NCBI GenBank assembly: GCA_010356995.1
Contig: ML996713.1
Location: 1 to 64,000, forward strand
Direction of reading: 5' to 3'
Origin: Trichodelitschia bisporula
Taxonomy: Eukaryota
DNA length: 64,000 nucleotides
Shown here piece by piece: positions 25,663 through 36,837 of the stretch. Numbering within the stretch: the first letter of the stretch is position 1; each line of letters opens with the position of its first letter. Below the pieces are notes generated by a model. It was not told the DNA's origin and searched no databases. It was given only the letters and a program-made list of their open reading frames with translations. The position numbers and the translations under genes were made by a program.

Positions 25663-26418
25663 TCACCACATGCTGCTCCACATCTTGGGCGAGCGAGACC
25701 TCTCTGGCCCATTTGGATCATACTCCGGAGTCTGAGACTCCCTCACCCTCTCCGCTGCTCCCCACTGAACCTTCACCTGCCACGCAGGATTCATGCGGCC
25801 CATGTATACCGACCACAGCCGCGGGAGGAACTGAACGTCCTCCGCACAGTACTTCTTCAGCGCCTCGGGCAGCGGGCGCTGGTTGAATACCTCATAGGCG
25901 CCTCCGCGCTCCGGCGCAAACATCGCCTTCCCATGATCCTTGGATTGTTGCCATGCCGCTTTTTCGCTCGGGGAAAGATTGGCGTGCTCTTCCACGCACT
26001 TGGTGAGACCGCTTAAGAACTTCTTTGAGTAGTGGCGCGTGGCGAGTTCCATGAGCTGAACGTCGTGAACACCGGCGAGAGAAATGCCGAAGAGGGAGAA
26101 CATGGCATCGGAATCGTTCCGGACATCGAAGAAGACCTTCGGAATGTTTGGTGATTCGAGGATGAACTTCAGGGTTTGGCCCGACTCAGTCGCCGTTGTG
26201 AAGGCGGACGCACCGAGGCTGTAGACATCGATGAGGTAGGTGGTGTTCTTGGTGCTGACATGGATTTGTAGGATTGAGATCGTGCCTGTCCGACCCAGAT
26301 TGATCCCCTCAACATCGAGGTAAAGGGAGGGTGGGGACGTTGGGAGTCCGGTAATATCGCGGAGGAGCTCAGTGACTTGGACAGGATTGTCGATGAAGTG
26401 CACGGTAGGAGAAGCCAT
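25663..26418 (-). CDS. Stand-alone 3'-5' exonuclease (DEDDy, EXD1/Egalitarian-like)
   Basis: ExoI LYLDVEG, ExoII FFDVRNDSD, DVQLME and ExoIII YCAEDV; intronless 251-aa ORF. Confidence 0.9.
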   Translation of the reverse strand: MASPTVHFIDNPVQVTELLRDITGLPTSPPSLYLDVEGINLGRTGTISILQIHVSTKNTTYLIDVYSLGASAFTTATESGQTLKFILESPNIPKVFFDVRNDSDAMFSLFGISLAGVHDVQLMELATRHYSKKFLSGLTKCVEEHANLSPSEKAAWQQSKDHGKAMFAPERGGAYEVFNQRPLPEALKKYCAEDVQFLPRLWSVYMGRMNPAWQVKVQWGAAERVRESQTPEYDPNGPERSRSPKMWSSMW

Positions 26419-27118
26419 GGTGTGCAGGTAAGGTGCGCTGATGGAGGATATTCGTGTTGATGTAGGATGTCCGCGTCGCCGTAGACCTGATCACTCTTTA
26501 GGAGCTGCGCAGGCTGCGGTTGTGTAGAATACTGTGCCGCGAGGCAGGCACCAGCCGCATTGTTGGCGCTTACTGCTTAGTTGAGAAGGCAGACTGCGGT
26601 ATGTGGTAGAATGTCACGGACCAATGTCTGCGCTGGGTCCTACTCCCTCAAGGTATGACAGAAGCTCCGTTTGCCAGACCCGGGCTCCTGGAGGCCCGGG
26701 TTTTGAAAAGCCGTCGGTTCATGGCAAGTTGCAAAGATTAAAGTCTATTCAGAACCTGTAGAGCATCAGTTAGCTGAACAAATGATTCCGACCCCATGAG
26801 ACGGGAGAGACAAACACACTCACTGCATCCAGAGTCGATTAACTAGAACTAATGGCTCCGTGGGCTGGACACGTGCAATGGCTATGCTGTGAAATGAAAG
26901 ATCATCAAGAAGACGAAGAAGAGAAGAGTTTCAGAGACGATCGAAGCTTAAATACACTTGTGATGCCAAGTATCCTCCCACGCTCCTTCCTCCTAGCAAT
27001 GCTCCTGCCTCGTGTCTCCATTAACTCCGGCCGTATGTCCACGTCTTTAGATCCAAACGACATCGGCCCATCGGCTCATATTCCATTCTCCCTGTCGAAC
27101 GTACTGTATCGGCCCAAC

Positions 27119-27550
27119 CTACGAAGCGTGATACCGTATCTTATCATACCCGGCGATGGTTCTGCTAATCCCATCCACAACCTCCTGCTCCTCCACCGAC
27201 CAATACCCCACCGGCATGCTTCTCCAGCCCTCGACAGTAACAGTAACTTCCTTCAGCAGCGCATTGGCCTGAAACTTCAACTCCTCCCGGCGCGGTCGCT
27301 CCGCATCAACGCAGTTCTCCATTCCCCAAATCATGATATCCAGTGCGTACATCTGCCGCAGCAAGCCCGCGCACCGCGCCACGTGCTTCACCTTCGCGGC
27401 TTCGAAGGCGGCATCACTACTGATAGTGCGACTTTGGGGCCTCAGGGATTTACGGCTGATAGTCGAGGCCCGCTTGTGTTCGATGGCGGGAATGGCTTCT
27501 TTGGTAGGCCGGGGCTCGGGACCATCGTTGCGTTCCCACGGCCAGCGCAT
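27119..27550 (-). CDS. Small predicted all-helical hypothetical protein (about 143 aa; N-terminus uncertain)
   Basis: ORF with amphipathic helical pattern LLRQMYALDIMIW...ANALLKEV..TV..W...WSVEEQEVVDGI and start context AGCACCATG. The frame stays open upstream to about 27710. Confidence 0.65.
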   Translation of the reverse strand: MRWPWERNDGPEPRPTKEAIPAIEHKRASTISRKSLRPQSRTISSDAAFEAAKVKHVARCAGLLRQMYALDIMIWGMENCVDAERPRREELKFQANALLKEVTVTVEGWRSMPVGYWSVEEQEVVDGISRTIAGYDKIRYHAS

Positions 27551-28746
27551 GGTGCTAGATTGTTGCTTCAATTCGTGGATTGCCGAAGAAACAACATATG
27601 GCTGGATACTTGAGGCGTACCCAATTTGACGGCTCGCTGTTGAACTGGTACTGGATGAAGGCCCAGATAGCGTCAGGCGGAGCCGTGTGCTAGGCCTAGC
27701 AGGACTTGGAGTACTGTCGTAGATTGTCAGAGATAATTATCAACATCAGCAGCCTGGCCGCATCAGAGTACTATGGCGCCTCACATCACCTTTGACAAGT
27801 CCGAAAAGCGTCAAGCGCGAGCAGCTGTGAGAGAGCAGTCAGGGCCAAAGTCTGTTCGTACAAGCAAAAGAAAAGATTGAAGAGTCGCCAACGGTCGTTG
27901 ACGCTGTCAAATTGGAAAACCTTCGCGAAGTTGCTGTGCAAAGCTCGACTCTCATAGCCTTACCTCACCTGCTTCACCCTCCTCAGCCCCAGCGCGAAAG
28001 CGGGAGACAGCTTCCCCCGCAGGTGACAGGACCAAGGCTGAGCACCCACACCAACGCACAGACCAGGCGGAGAGGCTGCAGGGTTTCCAGGCTGGCACGG
28101 GTGCGGACGCGATGCAGCACGGCGAGGACTTGTAGGGATTGGTTGCGAAGTGAGTTCGGAGGACGGGTATGCAGGATACGTGTTCGATGGGCGTACATTG
28201 TTGAGTAGATTTGAGGCCGTGGATGATTCTAATGGTTGGAGTTGGCCTTGTCGTCATGTTGGGCTTGCCAAGCGAATGTCCGCATCGCTGGACGAGGCTA
28301 GATAGTGGGGCGCGAACAGAACGAGAATGCAAGATAGGGAGGCTAATTGCTGCACGCTCTGTATCTGGCGAGTCGTGCGGGATTTTGCGGGTTTCCGTAC
28401 TGAGGAACGCCTCCCTGATCCGCATCAGCCTGATTAAATTCAAGTTGACGTGGTTGAGATAGGCTGCATATCAGTGGGGTGCCCACAGACGAAGGAGGGA
28501 TCGGCCCGCATCGTATCGAGGCACTCACTTGATCCAAGCTAGAATATGGTTTGCCTTGCCTCGATTAACTAGTCTGTAGCCCGAAATGACCTGCACATCC
28601 CAGCTCGTCCGCTTAGGCCGCAGTCGAGTGTGAGGAGGGGAAGCGGCTCGGAAGCGGTACCTTGTACTGTGCTAGCAAACCAGGCATATCGCACCGAGCC
28701 GTACAAATGTAATCTATGCTATGCCCGCCTAGAACAAATCTTGCTT

Positions 28747-31092
28747 CTAAAGGTTGGTTGCAAAGTGCGCCAGAACGTCGTGCTTATGTATGATCGTCAC
28801 ATCAACCCGCTTGTCCACCACGATCATAGCCTCGACTTCAGCGCTATAGGGGTGGCGCACTCCACTTCGACGCTTGCCCGACTGCAAGTTTTGAACTGGA
28901 ATCCTCGAAAGATCAATTGCTAGATTGTGGACCTGACTGTCTCCTGAAATGTCTGCGCGTTAGCAGTTACTCGTAACCCTTTGCATCGCCCAGCCGAGGG
29001 CACTAACCTTGCGGGAGCTCCCGCAGCACCGTCGGCGGATCATCCATGCCGGTTGTAGTAAAGTCCAGGCTCAACTTCCCCCCTTCCTCATAATGCTTCT
29101 TTGTGAAATTGAGGCGGATGGGATATCTCTGGATCAGGGGATCGCCGGGGAAGATGACATCGCCTTTGTTCACCATCCAGGTGATCTGGTCGGTAACTTG
29201 GCGTTGACCATGATATGCGTTCTTAACAGCCTTTTGCTTGAAGTCGCGCCAATTTTCGTACGACCGCGAGACGCAAACGCCATATGAGCGACGGCATATC
29301 CAGACCTTAGAGGCGATACCGGCTCCCATGCCGATGGCTTTGAGGACGGCACCTTTGGCCACGCCGCCCCAGCTACATTCAGTCAGATTGAGTGCATAAA
29401 GGGTAGTGTACAAACCAGTCCTGGGCCCTTTTAACATCTATTTGATAGCCGGACGCCCAGTTCTTGACGGAACGCAGCAGGTATTCGTTTTCGGAGAAGC
29501 CCCCGGCCATAAACACGTTCTGAACCGCGTAAGCACCACACGTTGTCAAGCGTTCCAACTGACCGTGACCTGACAGTGCACACCATGGCTAATCGTCGAT
29601 TGAACTTGCCCCATCTGCCGTGCGATGAGTGCCACAGTTTCATCCACGCTATAACTGAAGATCTCTTTCATGTCGGCACTCGGGAAGTCAGCACACTCAG
29701 CACCAACGGGCGACACATACCCAGTGAGTCGCATCATTCCCGCCTGGATGGCGTCTGGATACTCCGGGGTAGCCACTGCTCCTCGAGGAAGCTGCAGCGT
29801 ACATCCACGGTCGACAGACGCGAACGCCCGCTTGTGTGGCTCAAAGCTGGCAAGACAGACTCTGGCCACCTTGCTCATCGCAGTGTGGCCGCCAGCGCCT
29901 AGATCGTGGGGTGGAAGCTTCACGTTCGTGATCCGCCTCGAAAGCCAGCGGAGGAAGCCTCTGTCGACATACGTTGCTCCGCATTGAGCCCCTTTTACCA
30001 TGTTAGTGGATCCTTCCAGCGGCAAATACACTAACCCGCGGGTGCTCCGATGATCTTCAGTTCGAGTGGGTCTAGACATTCTACCTGGTATGCCACCAGG
30101 TCAACCGTGCCGCCACCGCAATCGCAAACGATAAAGCAATCACCCCCAACTAGCGTATTGAGGTCGCGGCCCAACAAGTCTCGGATAGTGTACAAAGCGC
30201 AGGCTTCGGGTTCGGTGGTGACGAAGATATTGCGGAGGAGCGGTAGCATTTGATTTGTAAAGGAACCAAGCACAGCACGGACTGTTTTGTTTTTCGCCTC
30301 GTACGTCCAGCCCTGCGCCATTAGCGGACACCCTGATTATAAAGACGTTGCTTACCGCGGGATGTGTAACGACAACGTCCACTGGAACATTTTCAAGTAG
30401 ATGAGACTGCTTGCTTTGGACAAACCTGTACCAGTGTCTGGCGACCTTTGCGAGATAGTCCCGAATGATGTCCTCGTCATTGCGGGCGAGGTGTCGCGGC
30501 GGGTCTAGCGTGCTTCCCTCTTGGAGCTTGTTGGCCAATCTCATCCCCTTGGTCAGCTCCAGAAGCTTTTCTAACTCCTTCAGCGGTGAACGCCCCTGGA
30601 GCTCAAGCTTCGTCCATTGTAGTGCAACGTTCGCGGTTGCGGGGTCGATGGAATGTCCCCATTGGTGATATTGGCCTGAGGATCGGGAGTAAGAAAGCAC
30701 GGATGGGACTTTAGTTTCCTTTCTCTCCGGCCAGTCGCTGAAGCATTGGACCTGGTCCAAGGTGGGCTCGGAGACATCATCGCTTATTTGAGCCCAGGCC
30801 AGACCTAACGCTGTCAGAGAAGTCGGAAACTTGCGGAGTCCTCACCAGTGAATGTTGTGCCATAGTCGATGCCGACAACCACGTACGGCCCTGCGTCGCC
30901 GGTGGAAGCAGCCATCGCTTCTGAAGTTGAAGGCACCAACTCGCGCCTAGCGGGTATTCCTTCGTTGATCGAGATCCTAGAGGATCTTCTTCTGGGAATC
31001 GGGGTCCTAAGTGATATTCCTTCGGGATAGGCGTATTTCTTTGACCACGATGGGCCGCGTGGACCTTTACCAGCACCGGAACTGGAGGACAT
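28747..31092 (-). CDS. Atypical Hsp70-superfamily (HSPA12-like) actin-fold ATPase
   Basis: Spliced over 7 introns: VVGIDYGTTFTG, VVTHPAGW, TEPEACAL, IVCDCGGGTVD, CGATYVD, VFMAGGFSENEYL, VAKGAV, RRSYGV, WMVNKGDVI. Ends AHFATNL* at 28747-28749 with no EEVD. The start could alternatively be the Met of MAASTG. Confidence 0.9.
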
Positions 31093-31286
31093 TCGTGAGG
31101 GGCGTAGCGGTAGCAGCGGATCTTGTGGTCCACCTAACAGTGATATCCTTTAGGGAGGGTAAAAAGTCCGCGCCATTCTGGTGGCTACATACCCGTAGGG
31201 GGCGTCTGCCATGATATTGAGCAGCAGCGGGACAAGCATCTGGTTGACAAGGCTAGCTGTGGCGCTTCTTTGACAAGGATGCCGGT

Positions 31287-32840
31287 GTGTCGGCGGTTAG
31301 TGCAGCCTCGCCTCTCCACAGCACCTGCAGTTACATGCTGCGGGTGCTGCAGGGTTATGGGCCGCCAGCGAGGCAGATACATTTTGTGCCCCCGCATGGG
31401 GCCAAGAGGGACACAGCTGAAAGCGACACCGTCGGACTTCCTGGCCGCAAGGCTATCGCTCCAGCGCCCGCACGGTCGTGGGACCAACCCCTCCGAACTC
31501 CGCAACTTCTTCTTCATAACTTTCGCTTTGTTATCATTCCCGTGCTGATTATGAAGCTATCGAGGACCCCTGCATCCGAAGTGCGACGGGAGTATGATGA
31601 GCGAATTGAAGATTTCTTGAAGAGTGTCGGGGTGGGCTCCTCGAGGTGGAGGCCCACTTTCTCACAACAAGAACCGGTCTTGTCCCAGTTTATCCGATGG
31701 GGGGAGCAAACTTACAGGCAAAACGGCCTCCTGGAAGAAACAACATCTAAGGCATCGAACGAGCTGACGCGGTGTCAGAAGCGCAATGACGAGCTGGAGG
31801 AGAGACTCCGCAGAATGCAGCAACAGCTGGATGACGAGATCGCGAAGAACGAAAGGATGGCAGAGCGGAACAGCGCGATGGTGATAGAACATTCGAGGAG
31901 CTTGCAGGCGCAAGCAAGCGAGCACAAAAGGCGCGAGAACAAGCTGCTCGGCCAGCTCATGGTCAATCATGAGGACAGCCTCGGGTGGGCCGACGACGTT
32001 CTGAGGGTCCGGTTTCTCGACCTGAAACGCCAGCTGGATGAGTTGACGTCGAAGAGCGAACTCAGGCTTGAGCCGCATCGTAGATTGGGATCAAGACTCG
32101 ACCCGAATGGCTTCATCGAGCGGAACGGGACGGACCAGGCCCATTTTTTGCTCAGAAGCTCCATCTGGCGCATCCTAAAGCATCAGTTCTTCTCACAACC
32201 GTTCGGGTTCGGCGTCCTGGGCCGCGGTGACGGGTATAGTCAGCTGTTAAGCACCTTTTCCTCATGGCAAGGCCTCGTTTCCGGGAATTCCGCAGCAGGT
32301 GAGTTTCCGGAGCACATCAAAGATGGCGCTGACTTCCCAGACTCTCTTGACCGGCTCAAGCACGATAGACTGGCTAATAACTGGCGGATGGCAACGTTTC
32401 AGTACATCCACTCCATCGTTACTACTGAGCGCCCGGACCACGGTGTCATTCCAGTGAGCAGATACTACGCCGCGAACGTCGAGTCTAGCATAACCTTCAT
32501 CTGGGACTTCCTGTCGGGCATTGTGAAATTGTGCAACGGCAAGCTATGGGAAACAGCCGAGCGGGAAATCAGACAGATTGTGCGCCTCGTTGGCGAGATT
32601 GCGCTCCAGTTCGGGATGCAGAGCGCTCATCTAGAGCTGTTCGAGCCTAAGTTTAAAGACGAAATCAAGATCGGGGATGACTTTGAGGACTGCGAGAACA
32701 AGGATATGGACAGAGGCATGAAGTTCGAGGTTCACCTTGTGACGCTGCCCGGGCTGCGGAAGATTGGAGATGGACGGACAGACATGAGGACGCCGCGGAC
32801 CATCGTGGCATGCGGCATATATCCGCTGCGCGAAGCGTAG
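31287..32840 (+). CDS. Coiled-coil protein with helical core and short C-terminal beta domain (GrpE-like by inference); true start uncertain
   Basis: 517-codon ORF with a heptad stretch LEETTSKASNELTRCQKRNDELEERLRRMQQQLDDEIAKNERM. Later motifs DDVLRVRFLDL, IWRILKHQFF, ANNWRMAT and VHLVTLPGLRKIGDG; in-frame intron 32299-32340. Confidence 0.8.
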   Translation: MSAVSAASPLHSTCSYMLRVLQGYGPPARQIHFVPPHGAKRDTAESDTVGLPGRKAIAPAPARSWDQPLRTPQLLLHNFRFVIIPVLIMKLSRTPASEVRREYDERIEDFLKSVGVGSSRWRPTFSQQEPVLSQFIRWGEQTYRQNGLLEETTSKASNELTRCQKRNDELEERLRRMQQQLDDEIAKNERMAERNSAMVIEHSRSLQAQASEHKRRENKLLGQLMVNHEDSLGWADDVLRVRFLDLKRQLDELTSKSELRLEPHRRLGSRLDPNGFIERNGTDQAHFLLRSSIWRILKHQFFSQPFGFGVLGRGDGYSQLLSTFSSWQGLVSGNSAAGEFPEHIKDGADFPDSLDRLKHDRLANNWRMATFQYIHSIVTTERPDHGVIPVSRYYAANVESSITFIWDFLSGIVKLCNGKLWETAEREIRQIVRLVGEIALQFGMQSAHLELFEPKFKDEIKIGDDFEDCENKDMDRGMKFEVHLVTLPGLRKIGDGRTDMRTPRTIVACGIYPLREA

Positions 32841-34088
32841 GTAGTTGATCGTACAATCACCGGCAATGAGGTTTGTTTTGGACGTTTGGAGTTCAGATAA
32901 TCGTGGCCGACCTGTTGATGTACGTACTGTATTAAGTTGTGGATGCATTGGAGATGAAAGTCGAGTCTACGTAGTACTACGATGGCGTCCGAAGGTGCGC
33001 GATGCGCCAGCACTGACCATGCCTGGGACGACTTCATCCCATCCCCATCCCTCGAAACCTTCCACATCACCATTCTTACTGCTTCATATACTTCTCAGCA
33101 CGCATTCTCTTTGTTATCTTAAGTACCTTTGCTATCCAGCCATATCATACGGCATCTACTGTCCCAACCGACTTCGCAATGCCCAAAGGCAATAAGCAAC
33201 CCAAAAAGTGAGGCTGCACTGCACCCTGCGTCTTTCTTCCCCGCCGTGCCCGCATGCAATTCAACGCCCTTGAGCAACATTGTTCCGAGCTCGCTGCACT
33301 GACGGATAATGCATCTTCAAATGATCTTTCTTACATACCATAGTATGCCGTTGGTTCAAGCAATTCAACTGAATCACCGGCGATCTTCGAAGAGACTGTA
33401 CTCGTACTCTACAGGGCGCCCACACTGACCAGTTAACTTCAGCACGACCATTATCAAATTTCATTAGCAGCCGGTCACCTGGATCGAAGGCAGCCGTCTG
33501 CCCTCTTCGGTACGCACAGTTTCCCAAGTGCCGCTCTTTGCATGTACTGAAGGCGGGCTTATGGTTCCCATATCTGGTCTCACTTCCGCTTTTCAAGTCA
33601 CACCGAGGTCCCATGTTGATTCTCCGGACGCTGTGATTCCCCGCGCAGACTTTCGAGACCTGCTGCCTCCAAAATGGTGTATCAGGCTTTGGGCCAGCAG
33701 ATGGCGGGAACGCCACAGTCCACATCCCGTGTGTGAGTCGCCAGCCCAAAACTGCATATGTTTGCCAGCGCCTGCAGCCCCCACTCTATCCCCCCGTCAG
33801 GCTGAATGCCGAGCTTCCAATCCAAGAAGACCCGCTGGCTGCATACTGTATTAGTGCGCCCGCCTCAAGTCAGCCGTACAACCCCGGACGCCGCTCTTCG
33901 CCAAAGCCTACCACCCTTCTCCGTCTACTACGGTACCGCGGAGCATCCCAGCGCACGGGCTCTGGCGAGGCTATCCACGAACCCGACTTTATACCATCTT
34001 GCATTCTGAGATACGAGATCTCAGTCATTGTTCATTCTTTGTCTTTGAAACGGCCAACTCTCCGAACGGTATGTCCTCTGCATAAGGG

Positions 34089-36347
34089 ATGCTCGGACGC
34101 GCCATGCCTTTCGGCATCCACCTCAAATTTGGTCGCAGGCTCTCCACCTCTCCCATTACCGCCCAGACTGACGCTGCTCATCGCGATCGCTGGCACCGAG
34201 CAGTGCAGGACTTCCGTTCGGTCACAAGCTACCTCGCGGGCGGTAAACCCCTCGACCCTCAACGCCTCGAGCCGCTAAAGCGTCCGACGAAAACCTACCT
34301 CGACTGGCTACAGCGCAGCGTCTTTCTCTACCCCGCCCAACAGGATGACCACCTCCTGGCGCTCGTCGAAGAGCACGCTTCTGTCTACGCCGGTGCACGA
34401 GATGCGGCCTTACTGGCGTGTCTCCACCATCTCTCCTCCAACGCCGCTATCAACAACCTCGCACTCCTAAGCTCCTCCGAGCCGACGCGGTATCTGCGAT
34501 GTGTGGTCCTGGCAGCAGCACTGAAGCCTGGTGTGATCTCAGCCGGCGGCCTGGGCGCCACACGGGCTCTGTTGCGAATATCCTCCAGCGCTGGCGTGGA
34601 CAGCGAGCTCCCAGCAGTGTTCCGCGAGCTAGTGCAGTGTATTGCTCAGGGCAACCCGGATGCCGCGCTGCCGCTGGATCTCATCAGCGTGGTACTCGCG
34701 CGGTCAGAGCTGCCGACGCGCTTGCAGACTCAGGTTGCGGAGTACATCCGGTGGGGCAAGTTCCTATCGCTGTTTCACATGGTTAGCTGGTTACAGGGTG
34801 CGCGGCGTCTGGCCAACGCAGAACGCGTGATGCCACTGCTCGACGACAGCTTGCCGTTGTGGCCGGCACTATCAGTTTGGAGGCCGGATGTGCACCGGCT
34901 GGCTGTGTGGGAGTCAGGCACGTTTGCAGATATCCAGCGGCTAAAGTTGATGCCTTACTTTGAGCTGGACGGCCCAGACACGGCGACCAAAGCAAAGGAA
35001 TCTTTACGTCTGTCGGAGCCCGCTTGCTACGCTCACGTTTCAGTCGAGATACGGAGTCCGCGGGGCCTTGAGCGGGTGTTGGAAGTTCTGCATCGGGCGT
35101 ATGGGGTCGGGCCGGGAGCGCTGGAGCTGTTCATCTATCAGTGTGTGGATTTTGCCGCGAACGAGGCTCGGCTCGGCATGGTTCATGCAGTCATCCAGCA
35201 ATGCGACGACAAGCTCTGCAAGGACCTTCTTCAACTTTTTGCAGCGCTTGACACGGATGGCTATCTGATACAACAGATGGTTGCCCTGACACAGGCGCTC
35301 TCTGCACTTAGGGACGGCAATATGCCGCAAAGCGCAGCCTTCCCAGCCGATCAAATCGCAGCCCGCTTGGCGTATATTGTGCGCCTCGCGACGCGCGAAT
35401 TTCAGACCCAGAGCCGTACCGGCACTGGCGAGTATCTCGGCATGCGCATCTTTCACCTCTGCCAGGCGGCAGTCTCCGTTCCATGGGTTGCCCCCTACCT
35501 CCCGGCGGAACTTAGAACTCATATTGCAACTTTCCCTCCGCAACACTCTCTCGAAACGATCTTCGACCATCTACAATCCGAAGCTCACTCCGTTTCTACC
35601 TCCAATTCTCGCTTTAAGGCTTACGTTTCGACTCTCCTCGGCGGTGCACCTCCCACGTCTCCGCCCACCAATCTATCCACCTTGACCAGGGAGCTCGCAT
35701 TCTGGGCAGCCCCGCCCGACTTCGCGCGCTCCGATTTTGCTCGTTCTCTGGCCCGCATCTCTACGCTCCCTTATGAGGTTTACACCACCCTCCTACACGC
35801 CACCCTCGTTGAGGAGAACCTGTACATAGCCGAGCTCACCGCCATAACGGCCCAGCCTCCCTCGGCGGCTGTTCCCACCCTCGCAGCCTACCTCATCCAT
35901 CGTCGACGGCTGTCCCAGCTTCAAGATGTCTGCTGGCTGCTACTGTTGGTACATTTCTCACAAGTGCCCGAAGCAGACTTTCCTCCCTGCCTCGTTGGCA
36001 CGGAGAACCTCGCGGCCGTCCTCGCTGTTCTCACTCCCCTTCTTTTGAGAGTGGCGGATTCGCTCCCACCGTCGGGCCCAGGGTTGACGCTAGTCCGCGT
36101 CAAACTATGGGAGAGGCTGGCGCAGCGGATTGTGTTTGGGGGAACGGAGAACCCGTTATGGATGTTTCTCGTGCCTGATGCAGATGTGAAGGTGATGGGT
36201 GCCGTTATCGAGGCGCTGGATCCAGGGCAAGATGTACCGCAGGAGATGAGGAGAGTTGCAGGGCAACTGAAGATGAATGGAGAGAACTTGGGTGCTGTCT
36301 GCCGAGTGTTTGAGAGGATGCTGAGTGTGTCCGGACGGAAGCAATGA
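34089..36347 (+). CDS. Hypothetical Leu/Ala-rich, probably helical protein (752 aa)
   Basis: 2.26-kb uninterrupted ORF with protein-like composition; no motif recognised. Confidence 0.75.
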   Translation: MLGRAMPFGIHLKFGRRLSTSPITAQTDAAHRDRWHRAVQDFRSVTSYLAGGKPLDPQRLEPLKRPTKTYLDWLQRSVFLYPAQQDDHLLALVEEHASVYAGARDAALLACLHHLSSNAAINNLALLSSSEPTRYLRCVVLAAALKPGVISAGGLGATRALLRISSSAGVDSELPAVFRELVQCIAQGNPDAALPLDLISVVLARSELPTRLQTQVAEYIRWGKFLSLFHMVSWLQGARRLANAERVMPLLDDSLPLWPALSVWRPDVHRLAVWESGTFADIQRLKLMPYFELDGPDTATKAKESLRLSEPACYAHVSVEIRSPRGLERVLEVLHRAYGVGPGALELFIYQCVDFAANEARLGMVHAVIQQCDDKLCKDLLQLFAALDTDGYLIQQMVALTQALSALRDGNMPQSAAFPADQIAARLAYIVRLATREFQTQSRTGTGEYLGMRIFHLCQAAVSVPWVAPYLPAELRTHIATFPPQHSLETIFDHLQSEAHSVSTSNSRFKAYVSTLLGGAPPTSPPTNLSTLTRELAFWAAPPDFARSDFARSLARISTLPYEVYTTLLHATLVEENLYIAELTAITAQPPSAAVPTLAAYLIHRRRLSQLQDVCWLLLLVHFSQVPEADFPPCLVGTENLAAVLAVLTPLLLRVADSLPPSGPGLTLVRVKLWERLAQRIVFGGTENPLWMFLVPDADVKVMGAVIEALDPGQDVPQEMRRVAGQLKMNGENLGAVCRVFERMLSVSGRKQ

Positions 36348-36585
36348 CGAGGGTCTGTCGCCGAGCAAGAATGTGAATTGTCAGCTTGGAAGATTGAACT
36401 GCGCCGAGAACACCTCGGTGGAGGTCTTGTGAAGTTTGCTGTCGCAGTCGATATCTGCGCCATTCACAACGCTCAAGTCCATAAGTACCACTCCGCCAAC
36501 TCCAATTCCTTCATTTCCCTTGCATCCACACTCCACCTCCTCCACGCACCAACTTCCTCTCACCCTCTAGCCCGTCGAGGTCTCC

Positions 36586-36837
36586 ATGGACGATCCTGCC
36601 GACATCGTTATCTTCGATCAGGTTATTAAGACCCAGGAAGAAGAGAAGGAGAAGCCCATGCCGATGCCGTACGAGGTCAGCGGTGCGCCGCCGATCAAGT
36701 ACATGGGTTCTGGTCCGCCGAAGCCACCTCCTGGTTCGCAGCCGAAGCCTCCTCAGAAGCCGAAGCCAGAGGCCGAAACCGATGGTCTGCCACCTCCTCC
36801 GCGCGGGCACGAGTACTGGGACCCAGCCGCAGCGTAG
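36586..36837 (+). CDS. 83-aa acidic/Pro-Lys-rich microprotein, intact copy of a local 4-member family
   Basis: MDDPADIVIFDQVIKTQEEEKEKPMPMPYEVSGAPPIKYMGSGPPKPPPG...PPPPRGHEYWDPAAA. The paralogues diverge largely by conservative changes, which supports coding status. Confidence 0.7.
   Translation: MDDPADIVIFDQVIKTQEEEKEKPMPMPYEVSGAPPIKYMGSGPPKPPPGSQPKPPQKPKPEAETDGLPPPPRGHEYWDPAAA

Noticed and set aside
26852..27613. 253-aa plus-strand ORF
   Set aside because: Antisense to the more protein-like 27119-27550 ORF; composition looks like a shadow frame.
26835..28572. 12-bp direct repeat TCGATTAACTAG at 26835 and 28561 flanking the small helical gene
   Set aside because: Several 12-mer matches within 2 kb are expected by chance in 64 kb, and there are no terminal inverted repeats or transposase.
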